From Phallusia mammillata (Eukaryota), in the NCBI GenBank assembly GCA_965637545.1, contig OZ281496.1, forward strand, positions 18,352,001-18,416,000: a stretch of 64,000 bases of DNA, in the 5' to 3' direction. Positions within the stretch are counted from its first letter, which is position 1. Each line of letters starts with the position of its first letter. Both the position numbers and the translations under genes were made by a program. The notes under the pieces were generated by a model that saw only the letters and a program-made list of their open reading frames with translations, was not told the origin of the DNA and made no database searches. Positions 22,416 to 33,719 of the stretch are shown here, piece after piece.

Positions 22416-25400
22416 GTTGTAAATTTTAAAGCTTCAAGGAGTTTTGCACTTAAAAAAGCAATTATAAGCTATTTGCCAGCAAATAAAGCAGCAATTATAG
22501 CAGTTAAAAATCTGAAAGACAAATAATAGTCTGTACACAAAAATTCCAAAAAAAGATGTTAAAATAAACAAGTTCTGACACAAATGTAAAGTGGTTGTTA
22601 AATTTGTCAGTTATGGTACCAATAAACAGCTGTATGGCTAGTTTTTTTGTGACAATTATAATCTGTGAAGGTCATATAATATGTTGAAAACGCTGACTGT
22701 GGCCATAAGGTAACTTAAATGAAATATGACCATTTTTTTGAATGTTGTCGAACTGAAATACTTCGACCTTTTTTGAATCATTACTTTTTTTTCTATATTC
22801 TTGTTGTGTTTTACCGTATTTACAACCGCTTAGTTTCGAGTCTGTGTCACGTGTGTTATTGTTCCACATTATTACTGCATGTTATAGTGTTTAGGCTAAA
22901 CAGTTTAGCCGTCGCTGTGCAAGTAAACAAAATACACAAATGATGCCGTCTGCTATTTACACTCGTGTACATTATTGCGTAACAAAAATTACGTCACAAT
23001 GGAGTTTCTAATTAAGATTTGTATTACTTGTTTTTCTACACAAAACAATGGCTAGAAAACTATAAATGTAGGTTTTCTATATATTGCCAACTTATATATG
23101 TTCAATAAAGGCTAAAATTTTGAGCAGCACCCCCACAAATTTTAGGCACGAGCCGCCACTGTAAAACAGTAAGAATGTTGTGTACTTATTCCTGCCAAGA
23201 TTTTATCATGTCTTGCTTGGAATACTTGAAACATATTTGGCTGAAAAGATGATTACCTCGCTATCATCTTCAATATCTCTAGCTGATGAAGAATCGTCCT
23301 CTGTACAGATTTTTGTTGACATAAGAATATAGCAATATTCTTGCGAAAAAAACGTTAACCACTCCTTTCCTATTTATCAATTTAGCTTACATTATGTTAT
23401 CGTTGTGCTGTATGTATCGTACTAGCCTATAATAATCCAAACAATACAGCAGTCTAACGCATACAAGACGCTACATTTTCCGATTACTTCCAAAGAACCT
23501 TATTGAAACGAGTTGAAGTTAAAGTGGTCAACGATATACCTAAAAGACTAAATAAGCAATCAATTGTGCAGAAGGACAAAGTGATCAGAAATATACACAA
23601 AGGCAAAAATAAGCGATCACTTATGCCACCGAATGGTCTACAATAAGTGAAACGGGGCGCAAGCACAAAAATACTGGTTCGAAAAGTAGTCCACATGCAA
23701 AGAATTGGTTTTTGATAAAATAAAATTGCTGTAAATTGAGCAATTATTTGGTGTCCATTATTTTGTGTTAATTTCGCCACTGGTTTAATAGGTAGGGTTG
23801 CCATCGATCTGGAAACAGAAAGGTAACATATCGCGAATTTCCTCACCAAATATTTTACGAAAGATGTTTAGGGGAAATACTGACAGTTTTGCAAAAAAGT
23901 GCATGCCAAGTAAAATGTTTGACAATTTCCAGTGTTGCCAGACAAAATTTTCACTCGTCATTTTATGCGACATTGCGCTCAAGAACCTTTCTACAAAATA
24001 GCTAAAAGTGGGTCATTTATTTAAATTTCTGTTGTTAAACGAAATTCAGGAAATTTATTTTAGTTTTTTACTGATACGTTTAAATTTTAACGAATTTGGT
24101 CTCAATATACCCGAGAATCAAAAAAGTTTGGTTGTTGGGTACAAATTACAGGATCTTGACTAATTTTAGGGGCAGATTAAGTCTCTTGACTTTCTGTCGT
24201 CCCTTTTAACATTGTCCGACCCTCTGCGATAGCCTTTGCTTTGCACGTAGAGATATGAACCTAAGGCATTGTTGTGAAATCACATGAGAAGTCTCACAAA
24301 ACACAACATTTTGCAACACCTCATATTTAACGATGAAGTTTGTTTTACAGTTATAACTATGGCAAAAAGCAGCAGCCCACTTTTGATATTTGCTGCAAAA
24401 TTTTCAAGCCCACCTATCAACACTGAATTTAAATGCAACCAATCAGGAAAATTGTTGCCGTTAAAAAATCAATTTTATGTTTTTTTATTATTAAATTGAT
24501 TTTTTGCTCGACAAATTTTGCCAAAAACTGAATAGCATACACTTGCAGAATCAAAACGACTGTGATTTCTCGCGATTATACAATTTATTATTTGCGAAGC
24601 AAAACGATAAAACATCGGTAAAGCGCACCTTTGTCATATTATAGCGATACAATGTTATACAATGTGCTTAGATACAACGTTATGCTGATAATGGTTGTTT
24701 CCGTTGAAGACAGGTGTCTAAACAAATTCCAAAGATGTTCTTCTGGACAAATATAATGTAAATATTTAACGTTGTTGTTGCAATTTTTACAAACCTTATT
24801 CAGCCACAAAATGCCATGTGACCAATTAACCCTAAGTTTTTGAACTTATAATGGAGCAGTTTAAAGATTAGTCGGTCACTGGAGCCACTGGGCAAGACGA
24901 CGGAATGACGTAACCAGCTTGACCAAAAATTTCAACTCGGTCAATCGTCATAGTAATGACATCATCAATAGGACAAATGCATCTGCTGTATATGTCGTTG
25001 ATTTCACGGGAAGTCAGAACTCGTGGCCACATCATATAGTTGCTAATTGTTCCACTGAAAAAATAAAAATTGTTTCGCATGAAACGAAACCATTAATATT
25101 GCTTTTCTTTGAAATTATTCGATTAAACAAACTATGCTGAAAAAAAAATCTGACATAATTTGACTTCGAAATAAATGAAATAAGTGATGAATATTGTATT
25201 GTTTCAGTTGGATTACTGAGAAAGGAAACACGTTTTTAATAATGGCAATCCGATGTGTTTTGGAGTATAATTTTGCACCAATTGGAGCCAGGTGGTCCGC
25301 AAAATCAAAATGGAATTTTACGTGGCCATAAAATGAGTATACACCATGATCTACCTACTTAATACCTGAATGACTGAGAAGGACTCAGTCCGCCAGCATT

Positions 25401-26406
25401 TATCGCGTCTTGATCCTGGGCCAAAATTAAACTTCCGCCTCCAGTGGTTGGAAGAAAATTGCCATATATGTTGCCAGTTTGAAATCCATCCACGTACGCC
25501 ACTGCGGTTAGTTTATCGAACGTGACGCACAAGTGAGCCTGGAAAATGTACCACATAACAAACTGAGATGATTATTAAATATAAAATCTGGCCGTTGAAA
25601 GTTCCCTATTCTGTAACTATTTTCGTCGTTAAACCCGACAAAAGACCCAGATTTTTGTGTCCTAGCGCGCTATATGACTTGTAAGTTGTTTTAGGCCCCT
25701 TTTTAGACGATTATGGTCTGATAGCATTACAGAACACTTACCCGGGTATTAGCTGACAATGTCACAGGGATGTTGTATACTGCCATATTAATATGAAGTT
25801 GTAGGTTGGTGGGGGAAGTAAGGAAAATAAGAAAATCATTTTATGCAGCACTTGTAGCATAGCTGGCCACAGAAACATGGTGAGAAAAATCTGTGACGTT
25901 TACCCAGAAACAAGCGGTGGCTGCTTTGAGGCTACATTGTAAATGCTAAAGGTGGATTCGTGTTGGGTGGATTTTTTTCCACCCTTTTACATGGGTTCAA
26001 TCTTGTACATGTACCTTTAAGGGCATATTTCACTCTTTTTGCCTTCACATAAAAGGTGGAATATGGGTTTTCCCCCCGTTGTACCAGTTTCGTGGTCAAC
26101 AATGTTTCTTACCGAGCGTAGTCCGTTTAAATTACATTTTGTGCAAAAACCACCTGGTTTATTTTTTGGTTACTGTTTTTTATTCAGTAGTTTTTTCAAG
26201 GTGTTGGAAAAACTGCCACCACCCCAGTGGTCAATTACTGCGCATGCGCGTTTATTTAGTCCACGTTGTTGCGAAAAACACGCGTTTGAGTTTGTCGCTT
26301 GTGTTTATCTGTGCTAATCGTGTAATGCTGTAAAGTTGAGCTGTAAGCAGTTTTATCATAAGTTTCTTGAAGGCAAAACAGTTTGCATAGTGTTTAAATT
26401 GTCTTT

Positions 26407-28755
26407 ATGGAAACGTTTAAATGCCCAGTGCAGCTATGCAGTGTTACTGCTGAAGATTTCAAAAGTTTTCTGAACCATTTACGATACTTTCACAACGACA
26501 ATGAATTAAAAAATGTGAACTGCACTTTGTCTGACTGCTCCAAAACGTGCAGCTCGTACAACTCTCTAAGGATGCATATTTACAGATACCATAAAAGTGT
26601 AACAGAGGTAAGAAGAAATAACAGGATTATTGAAATAAATGATCAACCCACTGAAAACGATTTTCTAGAGCCGATACAAGGTACTTTAAACTCAACACAA
26701 TTTGAAATGAAGTTTGGCCTAATGTATTTAAAGCTCCGTGAAAAGTATGTTTTGCCTGTGTCTGTGTCCAAACAAATTATGAATGACATTGTCGGCCTTT
26801 TTTCTGACTGTCGAATACCTAATGGAGAAGCATGTTCAAATGAAACAGTTTCAGATCATAACTTATTGCTTCCTAAAACTCTGTGGAATCAACTACAAAG
26901 TGAATTTACATTCAAACGTTTTTGTATTTCGCTTGGTTATGTTCAGCCTCAGCAAATACAACTGAATCCCACAACTCAGTTTCATTATGTACCTGTAACA
27001 AAAACACTAGAGAACTACTTGTCACATTGTGATGTTGCTGACAGCATTGGAAGAAACATACAAAATAACAATCTTATTTGTAACTATATTGATGGCAGTG
27101 TATTTTTGACAAACAAATTTTTCCAAGGCAAACAGGAGGTTCTTCGCCTGCACTTATATGTTGATGATTTGGAGGTATGTAATCCACTTGGCACCTCGCG
27201 TGGCATACACAAACTGACTTGCTTCTATTTTACAGTGGGCAATATTGAACAAAAATACTTATCTACCCTAAGCAACATACATCTTCTTGCTGTTGTTTCT
27301 TCTTCTATTGTTAAAAAATTTGGATATGATGTTGTTCTTAAACCGTTTTGCACTGAAATGAAAACATTGGAAGAGAGTGGTCTTGAAGTAAGTGTTAAAG
27401 ATGGAAGAAACTTACACCTTGTCTGTGGAGTTGCTACTATATCTGGTGACAATCTTGGTATACATGACATTGCTGGTTTTCGCAGATGTTTTTCGAGTGG
27501 CCGCATATGTAGATATTGCATGTGCTCTTATGCAGACTTATCTATTAAGATCCATGAAAATATGTTTACATTAAGAAGTCCACAATCACATAAGGAACAT
27601 GTAAACAGTGTACTTAAAGATGCATCACTGATTCCGGTGTATGGTGTTAGATGTGCACCGGCACTTTCATCACTTTCCTCTTTTGAACCATTGCTGGGCT
27701 TACCTCCAGACATAATGCATGATGTTTTGGAGGGGGTTATGCCACTAACGATAAACCTGGTGATCAGTGAGTTTCATGCTTGTAACTTTATGTCAAAATC
27801 CTTGCTTATCGATAAAGTAATGTCATTCGCATTTGGAAAAAATGACAGACGAAACAAACCTGTTTCATGGATTAATGGAAATTCAATGTCATTAAATGCA
27901 CATGAATCTTGGTGCTTATTCACTCTTTTGCCATTCATTATTAATGAAGATATTCCTGTGAGTTGCAAAGTATGGGAACTATACATACTTTTGTGTAAAA
28001 TCTGTGAAATTATTTTTGCTCCAAGAATAATGCCAGTTTGGATAGACATTTTGGATGTGTTGATTCATGATTTTTATAAACTGTTGTGTGAAATAAGCCC
28101 ATCAAAGGTTAAACCGAAAGTTCACTACATGCTTCACTATCCAAGGTTAATTTTGCAATATGGACCATTGCGACACATGTGGTCGATGAGATTTGAATCA
28201 TTTCATCAAAGAATAAAAAAAGTAGTCCGACAATCTTGCAATTTTAAAAATTTAACACTGACCATTGCACAGCGTATTCAAGGTCTAAAGTGCTGGGAGC
28301 ATCACAATATTTGTTGTTTACAAGATGAAAATATGATGTATGGAAAAACACTTAATTGTCATAAGTTGGACATTACTATGTTACCTACTGCATTAGTTAC
28401 TGTTGCTTCTTCCATTTTTGGAGATGTAACAGATGTGTTTTCTTATGGTGGCATGGATTTGTATTTTGATTGCTGCCACTACAAAATTAGTGACATTTTT
28501 GTGATTGATGTTGTTGATGAGGATCCTGTTTTTTTTAAAGTGAAAATTATTTGGTCATTCAAACAGGCTTGGTTTTTAGTAGGCAACATTTATGACCTTG
28601 TAAAATTTAACAAACAGCTTCATGCATATTGTGTTCAGTTATTATGCAATTTTTGGCATGTGATAAAAGTTGGCAGTGAGCTTGCTGGTCCCTTTGATGC
28701 TTATACTTTTAAGAAAAACAGTTACATCAAATTAAAGTACCTGCCTTGTTTGTAG
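26407..28755 (+). CDS. EnSpm-type DDE transposase with two N-terminal C2H2 fingers, 782 aa, uninterrupted
   Basis: Fingers CPVQLC..HLRYFH and CTLSDC..HIYRYH; core motifs LYVDDLEVCNPLG, SGDNLGIHDIAGF..CRYC, PPDIMHDVLEGV, KPKVHYMLHYP..GPL..W.MRFESFH. Likely triad D (YVDD), D (GDN), E (RFES). Confidence 0.9.
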   Translation: METFKCPVQLCSVTAEDFKSFLNHLRYFHNDNELKNVNCTLSDCSKTCSSYNSLRMHIYRYHKSVTEVRRNNRIIEINDQPTENDFLEPIQGTLNSTQFEMKFGLMYLKLREKYVLPVSVSKQIMNDIVGLFSDCRIPNGEACSNETVSDHNLLLPKTLWNQLQSEFTFKRFCISLGYVQPQQIQLNPTTQFHYVPVTKTLENYLSHCDVADSIGRNIQNNNLICNYIDGSVFLTNKFFQGKQEVLRLHLYVDDLEVCNPLGTSRGIHKLTCFYFTVGNIEQKYLSTLSNIHLLAVVSSSIVKKFGYDVVLKPFCTEMKTLEESGLEVSVKDGRNLHLVCGVATISGDNLGIHDIAGFRRCFSSGRICRYCMCSYADLSIKIHENMFTLRSPQSHKEHVNSVLKDASLIPVYGVRCAPALSSLSSFEPLLGLPPDIMHDVLEGVMPLTINLVISEFHACNFMSKSLLIDKVMSFAFGKNDRRNKPVSWINGNSMSLNAHESWCLFTLLPFIINEDIPVSCKVWELYILLCKICEIIFAPRIMPVWIDILDVLIHDFYKLLCEISPSKVKPKVHYMLHYPRLILQYGPLRHMWSMRFESFHQRIKKVVRQSCNFKNLTLTIAQRIQGLKCWEHHNICCLQDENMMYGKTLNCHKLDITMLPTALVTVASSIFGDVTDVFSYGGMDLYFDCCHYKISDIFVIDVVDEDPVFFKVKIIWSFKQAWFLVGNIYDLVKFNKQLHAYCVQLLCNFWHVIKVGSELAGPFDAYTFKKNSYIKLKYLPCL

Positions 28756-28790
28756 GTTTACCATATTGTGTTTTTCAGATATTCAGCAAA

Positions 28791-31419
28791 ATGTCACATA
28801 CATTTCATGTGACACATAACCAAACAAAGCAACTTGTCACTGTAAAATGTCTAAATGGCCTTTATGAGGAGATTGCCAATGTGTTTGGTATAAGTGATTT
28901 TAAACTTCAGTCTTATGTCGAACAGTTTAGTGACTGGGTTGATTTCGACACGCTTCAAGAAGCTCCTACCACAGGCAAACTTAAAGTAATAATTAAAGAT
29001 GTGGAACAGTTTGAACATATGGAACAGGAGAATAGCTTCTCTTCAACCATATCAGAATCAGACACAGTTGAGTTAAACGAGGAGTTGCCTTCTACCTCAT
29101 CAAGTGAAGACACCAGAAGTTGGCCGATGATATATAAAGTTCCGAAGCTCCCGCCACACATTTTTTCAGAAATCAGAAGTGTTGAGGAGGGAGTCACAGC
29201 ACACATTGGGGGAAAACTTAGGAGAAGGATTGTGGCCATAATTTTTGCAGACATGATCAAGTACACTTTGTAAGTATAAGTTTAATGCTGTATTTTTTGT
29301 TGAGTTTAAACAAATATCATTGACAGATATCCAATGCCTAATCAATATAGAGAAGTTTGTCAATCCCTAATTGCTGAATACCCGATACTGAGGGATCGAT
29401 TCTCAAACACTGGCTGTTACTTTGTATGTAAAATTTAATGTTTTTACTTTCTGAAATATTTTTTTCTGGAAAAGGATTTGTGCAAAGCTGTTTTACATTT
29501 ACTGTATTTGCAGACAACATGGCTAAAAATGTTGAGAACTAAGTATAAAGATTGGCGCAGACAGCTAACCAATAACAGTTATCGAGAGGTTATGAAGCAA
29601 AAGTACGGCCATGTGAAGAGCAGCAAATGTGTCAGTGGAAATGAGGACTGTAGCAAAAAAAGAAAAACTAATGTAAATATTTGATTTGTAAGAGTAGTGT
29701 GGATAGCTGAAATATGACCTCTAAATTGCAGGAAAATATGACACAGCCTGACGATTTTGGCACAAAGATGCTTATAGATCAGCTTCAAAAAGAGATGAGC
29801 AAGCGAGAACCTTGCGAGGATACAATTAGGGACAGACTAAAAAGAACTTATGAGTTTCGTCGTAATTTCGGAGGTTCAGCTAAAGATCTACTTGAGGTTT
29901 ACCACCCTTTAAAATCATCAAAATGGGTGCGCATATTTAGTTCTTGGTACAAACTTTAATCAGTGATATTGGCTTTGTATAAACAACAGTGGTGATTTAA
30001 AATACTTTTTATTCTAGATTTTAGAGGAGATGGAACAGGTATCAGGGATTAACATGAAAAAGTTGCATGCAGATGAGTTTAAAAAAATTAAAGCAAAAAT
30101 TAAGTGGGAAGGAACACAAGTCAATGATGCTATTTTAGGTTAGTTTAAAAATGCATGTAGTATGTGTCACATGTTAGCAAAAGAACATAGGTTTAGTCAG
30201 ACTTGGACAACTAGATAATTCTAGTTGTCTAGTTGGGCAAATTAGAGCAAAATGGCGGTAATTCTAATTCTAATCTAATTTAGAATTATCGAGTAAGCTC
30301 TAATTCTAATTCTAATCTAATTCACAGTTTTCCCAAAATCGCTACTTTGTCCAACGGCACTTTTAGTCATGTGATCTGAGCATGCATTTTGTAACCAAAG
30401 CGCACAAAACCATGCAATTAACAAGACCAAACTACATCACTGAAACACGTTTTTTAGTGAAATTTGGCACTCAGCTCTGTTTAAACACGTTTCAAATGCA
30501 CCGAATCGTATTGTCTAAAATGTACAAATCTACAAGTTCAAATGTGAAACGAACTAAAGTTGGTTGGCTTAAATCTAATTCTAGTTTGAATTCTAGTTTA
30601 ATTTCTAGATTTTGAGAAAATTCTAATTCTAATCTAGTTTGCAAAAAAGGAGATGCTCTAATTTTAATTCTAATCTAATTTGAAAAACCGAAAAAAAATC
30701 TAGTTGTCCAAGTCTGGGTTTAGTGCAGTGGTCTTCAACCTTTTCCACAGGCGACCCCAATTTAAAAGAAAATTAAATTAGCTGGACAACTTGTGTTTTA
30801 TATAGATTATTGCATCACTATGATTAGATTGTGACACAAGGTACCAAGCTGTACTTTAGCAAAGGTTGCGAACTAGAAAAAGTCCATTATTTTTTGGTGA
30901 TAATTTAACGCCAGTAAATTAAATTTATAGCGACCCCACTTGGGGTCGCGACCCACAGGTTAAAGACCACTGGTTTAGTGGGTATTATGTCAGAAAATAA
31001 ATATTTAGCATCATTTTTTTATGTATAGAAATGAAGAATTCATGGATCTTGTTTTTACCAGCAGTTTTCAAAGAGAAAATGAGCAGTTTTTTTGTTTTTG
31101 ATGAGGTAAGGTATTGTAAATTGACATGGTCACTTAAATCTGCAACCTGAAAAAAATATGTTTTTAGAATGTCCATTGGCCATATCCACTTGTTACTGTA
31201 TCAGCTTCATCAACTCTTGTCCACATTGATGGAACAGAAATAATTGTTGAGGGTGACCTTATTACAGCATTTGCAACTTTGATTGCAGCATATTGGGTAT
31301 TTGATGTTGTCATACCTCCTCAATGCTGTAAAACCATGGCATTTGTGTGTGGCTATATTCTAAATTTAACTGGAGTAAAAATACCTTTACCTGTACTGCG
31401 CATTATTAACTCATTGTAA
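28791..31419 (+). CDS. EnSpm second (accessory) ORF, 7 exons, SAMD3-like family with ubiquitin/PB1-like N-terminus
   Basis: Exons from 28791-29269, 29327-29423 and 29514 onward to the stop at 31417-31419 splice in frame with no internal stop. Motifs WPMIYKVP, YPMPNQYREVCQSLIAEYP, WLKMLRTKYKDWRR and AFATLIAAYWVFDV. Confidence 0.75.
30198..30716. mobile_element. hAT-type MITE in intron of EnSpm ORF2, 519 bp
   Basis: Perfect 19-bp TIR CAGACTTGGACAACTAGAT; TSD GGTTTAGT at 30190-30197 and 30717-30724; (TCTAAT)n subterminal repeats. Confidence 0.93.
30726..30972. mobile_element. hAT (Buster-type) MITE, 247 bp
   Basis: TIR CAGTGGTCTT(C/T)AACC; TSD GTTTAGTG at 30718-30725 and 30973-30980. Confidence 0.92.
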
Positions 31420-33199
31420 TGCTGCAAAGACTTTGATTTTGTCTGCCATCAAAATGTGTGTATTTTTCTTTGCTGAAAAAGTTTTGTAACTTAATAACTG
31501 GGTTTACAGTGCTACATTTGAATTGTTGAAGTATCCACGGTGCATTATTTTAACTGGCTTATTAAGGTAATACAATATGTGTTCGTTAATAATTTGAAGT
31601 GTTGTTTTAGGGTGAGAACATTGTATTGACAATGGTGGAATTAGGGTTTTCCTCCCAAAAGATATGGCATGTTAGGGTGGAAAGGTGTAGATACACCCAG
31701 ATTACGAGGCCGTTTTTATTACATAAGGGTGGAATTTTCGCAATTCCACCTAGGAAAATCCAGTATAAAATTGGGTGAAAATGTATAAAAACACCCGTTA
31801 GGAAAGATCAGTTTGTTTCTACCCTTGGGATATTAAGAAAACTTTCCACCTTATGGTGGAAATTTTGAACCACCTGTATGGGTGGTCGTTTACACCTTTA
31901 CGATTTACAGTGTAGGTACGTAACGACGATACCAGACGAAGTCCTGGTTTTGAAGTTTCCTTGGAAAGCTGTATGTCACTGCGGGGCAAGCTGAAATGTT
32001 CAAATTCTGTATTTCACATCAAATACATGTGGTTGCACGGTGGAAGTGCTTTCGTCTTTTCATTAGTAAATTATTAATGGTTTGGACATATCATTTTTTA
32101 CCAAATTATTGACAACAACAAACCTCTGGTTTTTGTATTTGTCAGGCCTTCAACCTTGACTTTCAAGTCATCAACCTCCATTTGCAACTTTGGCGAAGCC
32201 GAACCTAAAATCAAGTAAATCAACATTATTTAGGTGGATTGTAAAATATGCGTGGCAATAAAATGTATTCTTATACTTCCAGGGGGTCCAACGGGTCCAG
32301 GGGGACCTTGTTCTCCTTGTTTGCCTCGTAAACCTATCAGTTAAAAATAGATTGTTTAAGAAGTCAAACTTATGCGTTAATTGACAATCACTTACCTTCA
32401 AGATATGGCTCTTGACCCGGCAAAATCGCTACCGGAGCACACAACTGTAGTTTGTTGCATTGATCCTGAGAACGAACAACATCGACCAACAGAACAGCAA
32501 AAACAATGCGAAGAAATTCCATCATGAGTTGAATAGAAAGTCAAGCTAAAAGTACATTTGATGATAACATAAAACTTAGCAAATCTTCAAAAAGCAACAA
32601 TTGTTACCTTGTAGGTTGACGTTTGTAGAAAGTATGTATCACCGTTTCATTTTCCATGCTTATATGTAGGCTCCACGTAATTTTTTTAGCACATGTTGCA
32701 GTAAGTGGAATAATCCTTTAGCCTTTACCTTCAAAGTAAACTTGATACGCGACTGCAGATGAAAACGTGTAATTACAACAAGAAGCTTTGCAAAGTTTGT
32801 GGTATATTAAATTTTGGGACATCATAAAGCAGAAAACGTTTAAAACGAGTCACGTTTGATGTCAAGCATTTGGCCTGGGGGTATTTTCAGTCTTAACTCA
32901 ACAGAATCGACATGTACATCGGTCTTGCACAACTGAAAACACCAGTTTATTTTCTAAATCATTTATTTATTTTTCTATAATATAACTCGCTTCCCAGGGA
33001 CGGTAATAATGCTGCATAAATAAAAATTTAAAAAAGGTTTTTACCAAAACTTCACTTCAACTGTCTTGTTGAAGACGGATTTTTAGGGTAAACTTTATTT
33101 GTTAAAAATCAATGATTTAACACAAGGGGTTAACCAACAAAACACAACGTTTGTAAAACAAATGCTGTAGCATACCGTAACTATATTTTTTTCAAAAGT

Positions 33200-33253
33200 G
33201 ATATTGTATACTATTATAGTATACAATATCTAGTACTATATATATAGTACTAG
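33200..33253. repeat. Two abutting perfect AT-rich palindromes
   Basis: GATATTGTATACTAT-T-ATAGTATACAATATC (33200-33230) shares one base with CTAGTACTATATATATAGTACTAG (33230-33253). Confidence 0.9.
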
Positions 33254-33719
33254 GGCTCGAGAAGCACACAATGAAATTCGCTGACGCTAACCAGTTGAGC
33301 AGCTTGTAGAACGGCTTTATGTAATACGGATATGCCTGTAATTTAGAGAATATGAATGGTAATTCAATGACGGCAAGTGACGTTTTTTAAAGAAACCAAA
33401 CAGTCTAGGCAAGAAATTTGGACATGCTGCTATGCTGAATAAAAATGAATCAAAAATTAGAAAATTTGCAAGAAAGGCGACAAAAACAAAATTGCAGCTT
33501 GTCTGGTCAAAATATTAAAACTGTAAACTAAATAAAAAGTCTTGTGAAAAAAAACAGCTTATACAATATTAAAATTACATACATCTGAAACAAACAGGCG
33601 TTTTGTGTCTGGCCTTCCGAGTTGTATGTTTATGAAACAAAACTACTTGGGGCTGAAATCATCGATTAAACTTAAATTGTACGTCAACGCATGCCGCATG
33701 CAACTCTCGTTTGACACGC

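Larger units (their letters stand above)
20438..23161 (+). mobile_element. Internally deleted hAT transposon (ZMYM1-like/TTF-finger transposase family), 2724 bp
   Basis: 16-bp TIR CAG(G/T)GGCGGCTCGTGC; perfect TSD TAAAACAG at 20430-20437 and 23162-23169. Confidence 0.93.
25935..31912 (+). mobile_element. CACTA/EnSpm (CMC superfamily) DNA transposon, two genes, apparently autonomous, 5978 bp
   Basis: TIRs CATTGTAAATGCTAAAGGTG / CACTGTAAATCGTAAAGGTG (17/20); 2-bp TSD TA; removing the element restores the host exon frame. Confidence 0.9.
24868..32525 (-). pseudogene. Secreted collagen-neck-pentraxin protein (collectin-like architecture with pentraxin head), 6 exons, disrupted
   Basis: Exon 32525-32396: signal peptide MMEFLRIVFAVLLVDVVRS plus 2 Cys. 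Exon 32333-32277: GLRGKQGEQGPPGPVGPPG. Exon 32204-32124: heptad-like neck LQMEVDDLKVKVEGL. Exon 31990-31913 joined to 25932-25742: FPRK..VPSLKAATACFW..SYATSAA*NDFLIF. Exon 25538-25366: HLCVTF..GGGSLILAQDQD..QSF. Exon 25054-24868: GTISNYMMWPRVLT. All junctions are in phase. TAA at 25843-25841. Confidence 0.88.

Noticed and set aside
23793-23820. TAGGGTTGCCA, a Tip100-type hAT terminus
   Set aside because: No matching opposite end or TSD found.
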